NCBI GenBank assembly: GCA_035536235.1
Contig: DATLOQ010000119.1
Coordinates: 9-64,008 of the forward strand
Length of the DNA: 64,000 nt
Reading direction: 5' to 3'
Source: Mycobacteriales bacterium
Lineage (GTDB): Bacteria > Actinomycetota > Actinomycetes > BP-191
Under the pieces are notes generated by a model. The model did not search any database and was not told the origin of the DNA. It saw only the letters and a program-made list of their open reading frames with translations. This document shows, one piece after another, positions 28,730 through 38,399 of this stretch (position 1 is its first letter; each line of letters opens with the position of its first letter). The position numbers and the translations under genes are program-made.

Positions 28730-30745
28730 CTAGGCGGCCGAGCGGGCCAGCCGACGGCGGACTAGCAAGGCGGCCGGAAGCAGCATCGCGGCCAGGCCGA
28801 GCAGCGCGAAGTCGGCACCCGTTGCCGGCAGCGGCGCGGGGCGCGGAGCCGGACGGGGGGCCGGCCGCGGTGCCGGGCGTGGCGCAGGAGCCGAGCCGGG
28901 CGCACCGGCCGCCTCGATCTTGTTGGTGGGACCGGTCCACGTGAAGACGTCCATCCCACGGGCTACGTCGTTGGACACGAAGGAGTAGGTCCGGGTCCCG
29001 TCGGCGTTGTCGACGATCTTGAAGGGCTCGCCCGTCCAGATGTCGTTGGGCAGCAGGGTGTAGCTGGCTGTCTCGGTGAAGGAGAAGCGACCCTCTGCGT
29101 CGATCTCGTAGTCGATGACCTTGATCCCCTGGCTGTACCACGCGGCGAAGATCCGCTGCTCGTCCGGGACGTGCTCGATGACGTGGATTGTGCAGAACGT
29201 GGGGCTGACGAGCGTGCTGGGCGAGATGTACACCGCCTTCTCGCCGTCGGTGTTCAGCGCGTAGGTGAATCGGCCCTTCGCGTCCCGCTTCTTCGTGTCG
29301 AACACGTGCATGCCGCCGTTGCCGTACGGGTTGTCGAGCGACGGTGCGCAGGTCGCGCCGGGCGGGATGATGCCGCCGCCGCGCTCGTCGGTGACGAAGA
29401 GGTAGCGCCCGTCGGGCGATGGGTCCGACTCGTGGCCGATCGCCACGCCCTCAGAGGACCGCGTGGTCAGGTTGGTGTTGCAGTTGTAGGTGCCGTCGCG
29501 GCGGCAGTCACGGCCGACGTTGTTGAAGTGTCCGGCGTACTTCCAGCCGGTCGCTGCGGGCCGCTTGAGGTCGTTGTAAGCGTTGACCGCTCGCACTGCC
29601 CTCGACGTCTGGTCCGCCGGGTTGGCGAGTGGGGTCTCGAAGACGCAGTCGGTGACCTTCGCGCCGCTCACGGCACCGACCGCGGGCGCTGCGTCGCCGA
29701 GCTTGCAGGGCAGGGGCGTGCCCTTGATGTCCCCGCGCGGGTCGTTCGGTGCAGGGATCGCTGGACCCTGCGCGGAAGTCAGGCCGGACACGTCGAGGAC
29801 AATGGTCGCGGTCGGTGCAGCGCAGTAGATCTTGCCGGGCCGGGCCGTGATGTCGTGACAGCCGGACGGCTGCTTCCTCGAGCCGTCGGCGCCCTCCTGC
29901 ACTGCCCACTCGTACTCGAAGGGGATGCGGAAGACCTTCGGTGCACACTGCGCGCGCTGGGTCTCCAAAGCCTTGCCGGCGTTGTTCAGGCAGGTGCGGA
30001 TGTCCAGCACGTCGATCCACGCCATGCCGACACCGAGCGGGTTCACATCGTCGCCCGCAGCGGGGTCGACGCCGAACTCGGAGTTGCTGTTGTAGATGAT
30101 CCAGGGTCGGGTGGCGTCGGCCGTCACCGTGTGCGAGGTGCCGTTGTGCCGCGTCAGGTGCACCTCACGGGGCTCGAAGCCCTCCGTGCCGAGCCCACTG
30201 ATGTCCACCAGCTCCAAGCCGCCATTGGTCTTGTCGTGGCAGCGGCCGACGGCGTCGACGGCGTCGAGGAGCAGCGTGCCCTGCGGCTTCTTACCAGGCT
30301 TGAAGAACTCGCCGTGCGGCGCCTTCGGCACGATCACCTGGTCGTGCTGGATGCCTGTGGTGGCGCTGACGTTGGTGATGTCACCGCAGTACGACGAGCC
30401 GTGGTCTGCCACGAACTCCGGGTTGACCGTGCCGTCCGGGTCAGTGAGCTTGATGAGGCGCTGGCCCACGATCGATGGCTCGGCCTGGCCGAGCTGGCCG
30501 CCGGCAGCGTAGATCTGGCCGTTGCGGTGGAAGAACTTCACGTCCGTGCCGGTAGTGCCGCCGAAATTCTTGATGTGCTCCCACGTGCCTTCGCCGGCGC
30601 TGCGTGACTCCGCCCCTCCGAGGTCCACAATCGGCGCCAGCGGGCGGTTGGGGTCAGTGTGGTCCGCTGCTGCCGGTGAGGCGGCCAAGGCCGCGAGCAC
30701 GGCGATGGCTGCGGCGGCATGGGTACGGCGGAGGGCGAAGCGCAT
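28730..30745 (-). CDS. Cell-surface protein with an LPXTG-type sorting signal (LPATG + TM + RRR) and a Pro-Ala-Arg linker (PAPRPAPRPAPRPAPLPATG).
   Basis: Signal peptide (MRFALRRTHAAAAIAVLAALAASPAAA), a large beta-rich ectodomain, and C-terminal LPATGADFALLGLAAMLLPAALLVRRRLARSAA. RBS GGAGG before the ATG at 30745. Confidence 0.65.
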   Translation of the reverse strand: MRFALRRTHAAAAIAVLAALAASPAAADHTDPNRPLAPIVDLGGAESRSAGEGTWEHIKNFGGTTGTDVKFFHRNGQIYAAGGQLGQAEPSIVGQRLIKLTDPDGTVNPEFVADHGSSYCGDITNVSATTGIQHDQVIVPKAPHGEFFKPGKKPQGTLLLDAVDAVGRCHDKTNGGLELVDISGLGTEGFEPREVHLTRHNGTSHTVTADATRPWIIYNSNSEFGVDPAAGDDVNPLGVGMAWIDVLDIRTCLNNAGKALETQRAQCAPKVFRIPFEYEWAVQEGADGSRKQPSGCHDITARPGKIYCAAPTATIVLDVSGLTSAQGPAIPAPNDPRGDIKGTPLPCKLGDAAPAVGAVSGAKVTDCVFETPLANPADQTSRAVRAVNAYNDLKRPAATGWKYAGHFNNVGRDCRRDGTYNCNTNLTTRSSEGVAIGHESDPSPDGRYLFVTDERGGGIIPPGATCAPSLDNPYGNGGMHVFDTKKRDAKGRFTYALNTDGEKAVYISPSTLVSPTFCTIHVIEHVPDEQRIFAAWYSQGIKVIDYEIDAEGRFSFTETASYTLLPNDIWTGEPFKIVDNADGTRTYSFVSNDVARGMDVFTWTGPTNKIEAAGAPGSAPAPRPAPRPAPRPAPRPAPLPATGADFALLGLAAMLLPAALLVRRRLARSAA

Positions 30746-30833
30746 CGTGGTGCCTCCAGGCGGGGTCATCACAGCATTGGGGTACGACCTGGCGATTTCG
30801 CCACGTCTCGGGACATTCCTGCTCAGCCAGCCG

Positions 30834-31718
30834 TCACGGATGGGCAACGACCCCCAGCGCGGCGTAGATCTCCCTCGTGGCCGTCGACCGGTTGAGCGTG
30901 TAGAAGTGCAGCCCGGGCGCCCCCCCGTCGAGCAGGTCGCGGCACATCCGGGTGGCCACCTCGACGCCGACCCGCCGTACCGCGATCGGGTCGTCGGCCA
31001 CCCCTCGCAGCCGCTCCGCCAGCTCCGGCGGGAACGCCGCCCCCGACATCAGGGCCATCCGCTCGATCTGGGCGACGTTGGTGACCGGCATGATCCCCGG
31101 GATGATCGGCACATCGCAGCCGCGGGCGCGGACCCGGTCGACGAGGGCGAAGTAGTCCGCCGGGTCGAAGAAGAACTGGGTGATGGCGAAGTCGGCGCCC
31201 GCCGCGCACTTCTGGGCCAGATACTTCGCGTCGGTGTCGCGGTCGGCCGACTCACGGTGCGCCTCGGGGAACGCCGCGACCCCGACGCAGAAGTCACCGA
31301 GCTCACGCAGCAGCCGGACCAGGTCCTCGGCGTATGTCAGCCCCTCAGGATGCGGCTCCCACTCCTGGTCCACTCCCCCGGGCGGGTCGCCCCGGAGAGC
31401 CAGCACATTGCGGATGCCGGCGTCGGCGATCGCCCCGATCACGTTGCGCAGCTCGTAGCGTGAGGCGCCGACACAGGTCAGGTGCGCCACCGCGGTCAGC
31501 GTCGTTTCGGTGGCGATGCGCTCGACGATGCGCAGGGTCCGATCGCGGGTCGAGCCGCCCGCGCCGTAGGTCACCGACACGAAGGTGGGGGCCAGCGGCT
31601 CGAGCTGGCGGATCGCCTGCCAGAGCTCCACCTCGCCAGCGTCGGTCTTGGGCGGGAAGAACTCGAACGAGAAGGACCGCCCCCCGGCGGCGAGCAGGTC
31701 CCGCACTGTGATGCTCAC
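30834..31718 (-). CDS. metF: Methylenetetrahydrofolate reductase.
   Basis: [19 protein letters not shown]...[15 protein letters not shown]... is the MetF core. GTG start at 31718. Confidence 0.8.
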   Translation of the reverse strand: MSITVRDLLAAGGRSFSFEFFPPKTDAGEVELWQAIRQLEPLAPTFVSVTYGAGGSTRDRTLRIVERIATETTLTAVAHLTCVGASRYELRNVIGAIADAGIRNVLALRGDPPGGVDQEWEPHPEGLTYAEDLVRLLRELGDFCVGVAAFPEAHRESADRDTDAKYLAQKCAAGADFAITQFFFDPADYFALVDRVRARGCDVPIIPGIMPVTNVAQIERMALMSGAAFPPELAERLRGVADDPIAVRRVGVEVATRMCRDLLDGGAPGLHFYTLNRSTATREIYAALGVVAHP

Positions 31719-31806
31719 TCCGCAGAGGTTAGAGGACGGGAGACCTCTCGACCGGGCCGACACGGGCGCGCGGCGCCGTCGGCGGCACTGCTGGCAGAAT
31801 CGCGAC

Positions 31807-32895
31807 GTGGCCGCCAGCCGGAGATCCGTGCCCAGCCCGCTCGACGTCGCCGACCTCCGCGAGCGCGTGCACAAGGCGCTGAGTGCCTTCCTCGCTGAGC
31901 AGGTCGGCGTGCTCGACCGGATCGCGGAGGAGCTCGGCCCCATCGGCACGGCGGTGTCGGACTTCCTGCTCGACGGGGGCAAGCGGCTGAGACCGGCGTT
32001 CTGCTACTGGGGTTGGCGCGGAGCCGGCGGGCCGGACAGCGACGAGATCGTGGCAGCGGCGGCGTCCCTGGAGCTGCTGCAGGCCTGTGCGCTGATACAC
32101 GACGACGTGATGGACGGCTCCGACACCCGGCGCGGGCGGCCTGCGGTGCACCGGGGGTTCGCCGCACTTCACCGCGGCGAGGGGTGGCTGGGCGACCCGG
32201 AGACCTTCGGCACGTCCGCGGCCATCCTGCTCGGCGACCTGTGCCTGATCTGGGCCGACCAGCTGCTGAACACCTGCGGGCTGCCCGACGTGATGCTGCG
32301 CCGTGGCGCGCCGACGTACGACGAGATGCGGGTCGAGCTGATGGCCGGGCAGTACCTCGACCTGCTCGAGCAGGCACTCGGCGGCCGGGACATCGATCGG
32401 GCGCTGCGGGTGGCGCGCTACAAGAGCGCCAAGTACACGATCGAGCGCCCGCTGCACCTGGGCGGCGTGCTGGCGGGAGCGCCGACCGAGCTGCTGGCGA
32501 CCTACACCGGCTACGGGCTGCCGCTGGGCGAGGCGTTCCAGCTCCGCGACGACGTGCTGGGCGTCTTCGGCGACCCGTCGGAGACCGGCAAGCCGGCGGG
32601 CGACGACCTGCGCGAGGGCAAGCGCACCGCGCTGGTCGCAATCGCGCTGGACCGCGCCACTCCTGACCAGGCTGCCGTCGTGCGCCGGCACCTCGGCGAC
32701 CCCCACCTCGACGAGAGGGGGGTGGCCCTGCTGCGCGACGTGATCGACGGCACGGGCGCGCTGGCGGAGGTGGAGGCGCTGATCGCCCGCCGCACGGACG
32801 AGGCGCACAGTGCCCTGGGCGCTGGGGTGCTGGAGCCGGCGGCGCGAGAGGTGCTCGGCAACCTCGTCAGCGCAGCGACGTCCCGCCGCGTCTAG
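31807..32895 (+). CDS. crtE: Polyprenyl (geranylgeranyl) diphosphate synthase (IdsA/CrtE).
   Basis: First aspartate-rich motif [15 protein letters not shown] and second motif [13 protein letters not shown]. Start uncertain (GTG at 31807 chosen). Confidence 0.7.
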   Translation: MAASRRSVPSPLDVADLRERVHKALSAFLAEQVGVLDRIAEELGPIGTAVSDFLLDGGKRLRPAFCYWGWRGAGGPDSDEIVAAAASLELLQACALIHDDVMDGSDTRRGRPAVHRGFAALHRGEGWLGDPETFGTSAAILLGDLCLIWADQLLNTCGLPDVMLRRGAPTYDEMRVELMAGQYLDLLEQALGGRDIDRALRVARYKSAKYTIERPLHLGGVLAGAPTELLATYTGYGLPLGEAFQLRDDVLGVFGDPSETGKPAGDDLREGKRTALVAIALDRATPDQAAVVRRHLGDPHLDERGVALLRDVIDGTGALAEVEALIARRTDEAHSALGAGVLEPAAREVLGNLVSAATSRRV

Positions 32896-35624
32896 ACGTG
32901 CCGGGCTCGGCGGCGGAGCGCCGCCCCGGCCAGGACGACGAGGAGCCCGAGGTGCGGCGCGACCGCGCCAGTCGCCGGCATTGGCCGCGGCGTGCGCACC
33001 GGGGGCACGGGAGCCGCGCGGACCGGCGCGGCGAGCGCTATCACGTGCACCCAACCGCCTCGGTCCTCGTACGGCATCGTCAAGCACGGCCCGATGACGC
33101 CGTCGGTGAGCGAGCAGACCTCGGACCGGGGGTGAGGGCGCCGAGCGTCGGTGAGATCGGGCCCAGAAATCTCCCGCACTGATGCGATCGCCGAGCGCAG
33201 CGCCGCCGCCACCACGGCCTGCGGAGCCCGGCCGCCGGTGTAGTCCCGCGAGGGGACCAGGCCGGAGAAGCCCGGCCGGAGGATTCGCGTCGCGAGGTTG
33301 TCCAGCGGTGGCGCGTCATAGACGTGGCTGCCCACGCCGGTCTGCCGATCGAGGATGGCATCGGATCCGTCATCCGGCAGCAGACCGGCGAAGAGCTCCC
33401 GGCGTACCGCGAGGACGAAGGCGTCGTAGAGCGTTGGCGCCGGGCCGTCGGTGGCCGGCTCACCCATCGTGTCAGCACCGGGTCCGTAGTGGCTGCCGTC
33501 CCAGGCCAGGAGCAGGTCGATCGCGGTGCGCTCGTCGGACGTCAGGTCGTCGCGACGGGCGAGCTCGGCCAGCAGGGGTCGATAGAGCGTCAGCCTGACG
33601 TCACGGCTGCCCGCCAGTCGGTCCACGGCCATCAACGCCTTGAGGTCCAAGTCCTTGCGGCCGCGCAGCAGGTCGTGCAGGAGCGTCACTCTCTGGACGG
33701 GGCCGGCAGGGCGAGAGAACGGTGCTCGCCCTTCGCCGTCCAACCAGCCGCGCGCGGGCTTGTTGTTCCAGTTGACGAGATAGCCCTCGGGCGGGTCGAC
33801 GGAGTGCGGCATCTCCTCGAAGGTCAGCAGCCCGTCCGGATCGTGCTCGCCAGTGCCAGGAGCGGGCAGCCGCATATCCACCGAGCGCTTGCGGCGCAGC
33901 TCCAGCCCCGGGTGCCAGTAGGCGATGCGCCCGTCTGCATCGGCATAGAGCACGTTCTCGTTCCAGGTGACCGCGCGGACACCGGCCTCGAACTCGGCGA
34001 AGGTGTCGGCGCTGTTCCACGCCAACGTGCCCTTGATGGTCTCGAGCTCTCGTCCCCACATGGCGTACTGCACGGACCGGGACTTAGTGCCGTCCGCGGT
34101 TGTCGCGACGATCGGCCCATGGACGGTACGGCAGGCGCGGACGTCCTGGCTGAGCAGGGCAGGGCCGACCGGCACGCCCTCGGGCGCGGCGCGGTAGCGC
34201 ACTGTCTCGGTCCGGCAGTCCGCGTCCTTCCACTTGCCGTCGTGCAGGTACTGCGGTGGATCGCCGGCGCTGGCACCCGGTCTGGTCGTCTCGATGTAGG
34301 AGTCGATGGACTTGCTATAGCCCGACGTCAGCGCCCACGCGACCCGCTTGCCGTACCCGATGCCGATCGTCGGCAGCCCTGGCACGGCCGCGCCGCGAGC
34401 GTCGTACCCGCCGCCGTGCACCTCGAGCTCCCAGAGCATGCTCGGGTAGCTGTAGCCGAGCTGCGGACCGCTGAGCAGCAGAGCCTTGCCGTCCCTAGTG
34501 TTCTTCGGCGCGACCGCTGCTGCGATGGACCCGCCGCGCAGGTTCGTCAGGTACTCGTGTACGGCGGTGACAGCGCGCGCCACGGCCGCCTGCGGGACGC
34601 CGAGCGGGTTGGCGGCCGGCGCGGCCACGGGGGCCCGTGGTGGCAGCGTCGGCTCCGGGCTGCCGCCAGTGCCGGGACCCGTGGCGAGCTCCAGCGGGAT
34701 GGTTGCGGCGAAGTCCGCCATGGACGTGAAGGTGCGAGCGCGATCAGCTGCGCTGCCCGGGATGTTGCTGAAGGAGCGACCCTGCACGGTGGTCACCGCC
34801 TTGGGGTCCTCTTGCCAGACCAGGTCCTCGAAGACTCCGCGGCCGGCGGTCTTGCCGAGCTTCGACTCCAGGGTCCGCAGCGCCGCGACGTTCTCCATCT
34901 CGTTGCCGCCCTCGGCGGCGACGAAGCGGGTGATCAGCACGCCTGCGGCGAGGACATCCCGTCGCTCCCACCGCCTCGGCGTAGTCGTCAGAAGGACGTA
35001 CTCCGCCGGCAGCAGTCGGGGATTCGCAGCCACCTCGTCGAGACGCGCGTTGACCCCGTCGACGTACCCGTCGACGGCGTCCTTGCCGGCCTGCGGCAGC
35101 GCGACGAAGAACTGCTCGTACTCCTCCGCGGAGTAGGTCAGGACGCGGGTCTTGATGTCGGCCGGGACGGACCCGCTGCCGGCCAGCTCGGCCAGCGTGC
35201 CGAGCCCCGTGCGCCGCAGGCCGTCCATGAAGAACAGCCGGTCCACCGCGGCAGAGTAGCCCGCCCCGAACCACACGTCTCGCCCGGTGTCGGCGTACAC
35301 CGCAGGCACGCCGAAGCCATCACGGTAGATGCGCACTCCCGGCTTGGGCTCCACCGGTTCGCCTTGAGCGTGGAATTTGCCGGGCTTGTATCCGAAGCCC
35401 CAGTAGAGCTCGCGTTGGTCGTCGATGTGCTCGCCGAACTCCGACGGCTTCCCTGATGCTTCTCCACGCAGCTGGCCCTCGACGGAGAAGAAGCCGCTGT
35501 TGCCGGGCGGCAGCACTGTGAACGCGGTGAGCTCCTGCCTGGGTGGGCTCTCCTGCGCCAGGGCCGGCGCGACCGGGAGGAAGCCAAGCAGGGCAACGAG
35601 GAGCGCTGCGGGGGCGATGCGCAT
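32892..35624 (-). CDS. Penicillin-acylase-family (Ntn hydrolase, S45) secreted protein with a C-terminal sortase-like signal variant (PMPATG + TM + RRRARHV).
   Basis: 910 aa, signal peptide MRIAPAALLVALLGFLPVAPALA, acylase-family core, and C-terminal [30 protein letters not shown]. Confidence 0.6.
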   Translation of the reverse strand: MRIAPAALLVALLGFLPVAPALAQESPPRQELTAFTVLPPGNSGFFSVEGQLRGEASGKPSEFGEHIDDQRELYWGFGYKPGKFHAQGEPVEPKPGVRIYRDGFGVPAVYADTGRDVWFGAGYSAAVDRLFFMDGLRRTGLGTLAELAGSGSVPADIKTRVLTYSAEEYEQFFVALPQAGKDAVDGYVDGVNARLDEVAANPRLLPAEYVLLTTTPRRWERRDVLAAGVLITRFVAAEGGNEMENVAALRTLESKLGKTAGRGVFEDLVWQEDPKAVTTVQGRSFSNIPGSAADRARTFTSMADFAATIPLELATGPGTGGSPEPTLPPRAPVAAPAANPLGVPQAAVARAVTAVHEYLTNLRGGSIAAAVAPKNTRDGKALLLSGPQLGYSYPSMLWELEVHGGGYDARGAAVPGLPTIGIGYGKRVAWALTSGYSKSIDSYIETTRPGASAGDPPQYLHDGKWKDADCRTETVRYRAAPEGVPVGPALLSQDVRACRTVHGPIVATTADGTKSRSVQYAMWGRELETIKGTLAWNSADTFAEFEAGVRAVTWNENVLYADADGRIAYWHPGLELRRKRSVDMRLPAPGTGEHDPDGLLTFEEMPHSVDPPEGYLVNWNNKPARGWLDGEGRAPFSRPAGPVQRVTLLHDLLRGRKDLDLKALMAVDRLAGSRDVRLTLYRPLLAELARRDDLTSDERTAIDLLLAWDGSHYGPGADTMGEPATDGPAPTLYDAFVLAVRRELFAGLLPDDGSDAILDRQTGVGSHVYDAPPLDNLATRILRPGFSGLVPSRDYTGGRAPQAVVAAALRSAIASVREISGPDLTDARRPHPRSEVCSLTDGVIGPCLTMPYEDRGGWVHVIALAAPVRAAPVPPVRTPRPMPATGAVAPHLGLLVVLAGAALRRRARHV

Positions 35625-35647
35625 CCTCCGGTTATACCGTCCTGGAC

Positions 35648-37138
35648 ATGCGCACCGTCAGTGGTCCCAGCGATCGGGTCGTCATCGTCGGCGCCGGGCT
35701 GGCCGGGCTGTCCGCGGCGCTGCGCCTCGCCGGAGCTGGTCGCGAGGTCACTGTGCTGGAGCGCGAGTCCGTCCCCGGCGGTCGAGCAGGGCGACTCTCC
35801 GACAGCGGCTTCGAGTTCGACACCGGACCGACCGTGCTGACTATGCCGGACCTGATCCGCGACGCATTCGCGTGCGTCGGGGAGGAGATGGACGACTGGC
35901 TGACCCTGCGGCCGCTGTCCCCGCTCTACCGCGCCTACTACCCGGACGGCTCCACCCTGGACGTGCACAGCGACACCGACGCGATGGCCGAGGAGGTCGC
36001 GCGCGTCTGTGGTCCCGCCGAGGCGGCGGGCTACCGGCGCTACGTCGACTTCGTGTCGGAGCTCTACCGGCTGGAGATGGCCGACTTCATCGACCGCAAC
36101 ATCGACTCGCCCTTCTCGCTGCTGCGGCCGTCGCTGGCCCGGCTGGCGGCGATCGGCGGCTTCCGGCGGCTGGCACCCAAGGTGGGTGAGTACCTCAAGG
36201 ACCCGCGGACGCAGCGGGTGCTCTCCTTCCAGTCGATGTACGCCGGGCTGTCGCCGTACGACGCGCTCGCGATCTACGCGGTCATCGCCTACATGGACTC
36301 CGTCGCCGGCGTCTACTTCCCCGAGGGCGGCATGCACGCGGTGCCGGTCGCGCTCGCCGGCGCGGCGGTCAAGCACGGCGTCGACATCCGCTACTCCACG
36401 ACGGTGACGCAGGTCGAGGTCGTCAACGGTCGGGCCGTCGGCGTGCTCACGGCTGCCGGCGAGCGAATCCCGGCCGATGTGGTGGTGCTCAACCCGGACC
36501 TCCCGGTGGCCTATCGCGAGCTGCTGCCGCCGACCGCGGTGCCGGCGCGGGTGAAGTCGCTCACCTACTCGCCGTCGTGCTTCCTGCTGCTGGCCGGGTC
36601 GACGGCGTCGTACTCCCAGATCGCGCACCACAACATCCACTTCGGCAAGTCGTGGCGCGGCGTCTTCGACGAGCTCATCGACCAGCAGTCGCTGATGAGC
36701 GACCCCTCGGTGCTGGTGACCGCGCCCACGCACACCGACCCGTCGCTGGCACCGGAGGGCCGTCACATCTACTACGTGCTCTTTCCGACGCCCAACCTCG
36801 ACGCTGCTCTCGACTGGTCGGTCATCGGCCCGCGCTACCGCAATGAAGTCATCGGGCACCTGGAGCGCCTCGGCTACGTCGGATTCGGCGACGCGATCGA
36901 GGTCGAGCACGTGACGACGCCGGCCGACTGGAGGGCCCGCGGGATGGAGCGAGGCGCGCCGTTCGCGGCGGCGCACACCTTCTTCCAGACGGGTCCGTTT
37001 CGGCCCGCCAACCTCGCGCCCAAGGTGGACGGCGTGGTCTTCTGCGGCTCGGGCACCCAGCCGGGCGTCGGCGTACCGATGGTGCTCATCAGCGGCCGCC
37101 TCGCCGCTGAGCGCATCCTCGGCCCCAGCACGTCCTAA
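35648..37138 (+). CDS. crtI: Phytoene desaturase.
   Basis: DRVVIVGAGLAGLSAALRLAGAGREVTVLE..., 496 aa, C-terminal VFCGSGTQPGVGVPMV motif. Adjacent to crtB and crtE. Confidence 0.8.
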   Translation: MRTVSGPSDRVVIVGAGLAGLSAALRLAGAGREVTVLERESVPGGRAGRLSDSGFEFDTGPTVLTMPDLIRDAFACVGEEMDDWLTLRPLSPLYRAYYPDGSTLDVHSDTDAMAEEVARVCGPAEAAGYRRYVDFVSELYRLEMADFIDRNIDSPFSLLRPSLARLAAIGGFRRLAPKVGEYLKDPRTQRVLSFQSMYAGLSPYDALAIYAVIAYMDSVAGVYFPEGGMHAVPVALAGAAVKHGVDIRYSTTVTQVEVVNGRAVGVLTAAGERIPADVVVLNPDLPVAYRELLPPTAVPARVKSLTYSPSCFLLLAGSTASYSQIAHHNIHFGKSWRGVFDELIDQQSLMSDPSVLVTAPTHTDPSLAPEGRHIYYVLFPTPNLDAALDWSVIGPRYRNEVIGHLERLGYVGFGDAIEVEHVTTPADWRARGMERGAPFAAAHTFFQTGPFRPANLAPKVDGVVFCGSGTQPGVGVPMVLISGRLAAERILGPSTS

Positions 37139-37193
37139 ACCCTCCTCGCCTCCCGGTCCAGGCGCCGTGGCCCGCGACCGAATTCCCCATCTC

Positions 37194-37275
37194 CGCACAC
37201 AAAGTGATCGCCATGCCGCCGGACTGAGCACGAGTCTGCAGCGAGCCGTGTGGATAGAGGACCACTTTGTGTGCG
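37194..37275. repeat. Element with perfect 11-bp terminal inverted repeats (CGCACACAAAG ... CTTTGTGTGCG) and a 60-nt spacer, copy 1, between the crtI stop and the AbiEi/DUF559 gene stop.
   Basis: Seen in sequence at 37194-37204 and 37265-37275. Confidence 0.8.
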
Positions 37276-37280
37276 GTCAG

Positions 37281-38183
37281 TCAGGGCCGGAGCATCTCCG
37301 CCAGGGTCGCAAGCACGTAGTCGGGCTCGTGGACGACGTGCTGCCAGCAGAAGCGGAGCAGCTGCAGCCCGAGGATCTCGAGCTCGTTGGCGCGCCACTC
37401 GTCAACTGCAAGCCGCTCCAGGCCGTGGAACAGGTCACCCTCGGTCTCCACAACGAGCCGGGGTGGGTACCAGAAGTCGACCCGACCGAGGCGGCGTCCG
37501 TTGGCGCGCCGAAGGAGTCGCTGAGTCTGGCCCGGCGGCATACCGGCCAAGACGACCAGGACGCGGAAGAGCGACTCCAACACCGATCCAGCCCGGGGGT
37601 TGACGAGTCCCAGCACGGTCGATACCCGCGACGCATCTCGTCCCCACAGCGCACGGCGCTCACCGATGACCGCCAGCATCCGCAACAGCCCCAATCGCAT
37701 GAGCGAGTCGATGGCCGCGACCGCGGTGCTCTGCGGCTCGGCACGAGCGAGGTCGACAGCCAGCCGGGCAGGTGCGGTCACTTTGAGCACGATCACGTCG
37801 TCGCCAACCCGCAGGCGCAGCGGTCCGACGTCCGCCGGGCCGAGATCGGATCGATGCACCTCGTACGGCGAGCTCACTCGCGACCGGTTGCGCTCTACAG
37901 TGAGGTGAGTAGCGCCGTCCCAGCCGAGTATTGGCACGCCTTGCAGCACGGCCGCGGCGGCATGGCTGACCGCAGCGCGCCGCCCAGCCGCCTCCTCGGC
38001 CACCTCGTGCACCCAGTCCGGGGAGGAGGGGATGAGCCAGGTCTTCGCGCGTACTAGCAGTACGTCGCCCCTACGCCGACGCTGGGCCAATTCGGCCGCC
38101 TCGACCCCGTGCCCGCGGGCGAACGGCGTGGAGACCAGCCGACCCGTCGCACCAGCGGCTGCCGCCAGGCTCTCGAATGACAT
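37281..38183 (-). CDS. AbiEi-antitoxin-N-domain / DUF559 (Vsr-like endonuclease fold) protein.
   Basis: C-terminal VVETEGDLFHG...R...D..R...LGW pattern typical of DUF559. Start at MSFESLAAAAG (38183). Flanked on both sides by the 11-bp IR elements. Confidence 0.5.
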   Translation of the reverse strand: MSFESLAAAAGATGRLVSTPFARGHGVEAAELAQRRRRGDVLLVRAKTWLIPSSPDWVHEVAEEAAGRRAAVSHAAAAVLQGVPILGWDGATHLTVERNRSRVSSPYEVHRSDLGPADVGPLRLRVGDDVIVLKVTAPARLAVDLARAEPQSTAVAAIDSLMRLGLLRMLAVIGERRALWGRDASRVSTVLGLVNPRAGSVLESLFRVLVVLAGMPPGQTQRLLRRANGRRLGRVDFWYPPRLVVETEGDLFHGLERLAVDEWRANELEILGLQLLRFCWQHVVHEPDYVLATLAEMLRP

Positions 38184-38268
38184 CCACCCAGCGTGCGCAC
38201 TCGCACCGTCGTACCGGGGTCGTGACGTGAATCTGTGAATAAGCCGGATCGGCGGCCGCACCCGATCC

Positions 38269-38349
38269 CGCACACAAAGGGGGCCGTCGTCCACAGGCCG
38301 AGCGGCGTCGCGTGCTCGCGGCGACGAGGGCGCGATCGCTTTGTGTGCG
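38269..38349. repeat. Second copy of the CGCACACAAAG-N59-CTTTGTGTGCG element, 50 bp upstream of crtB, with its left arm inside the 5' end of the AbiEi/DUF559 ORF region.
   Basis: Seen in sequence at 38269-38279 and 38339-38349. The spacer sequence differs from copy 1 but the arm sequence and spacing are conserved. Confidence 0.8.
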
Positions 38350-38399
38350 AGCAGCTCTGATCTGGGGCCTCGCGAACCAACAGTGGGAGACTCAGGCGC

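Noticed and set aside
35138-37231. 697-aa minus-strand ORF across crtI
   Set aside because: Antisense to crtI, which has unambiguous FAD-binding and CrtI-family motifs.
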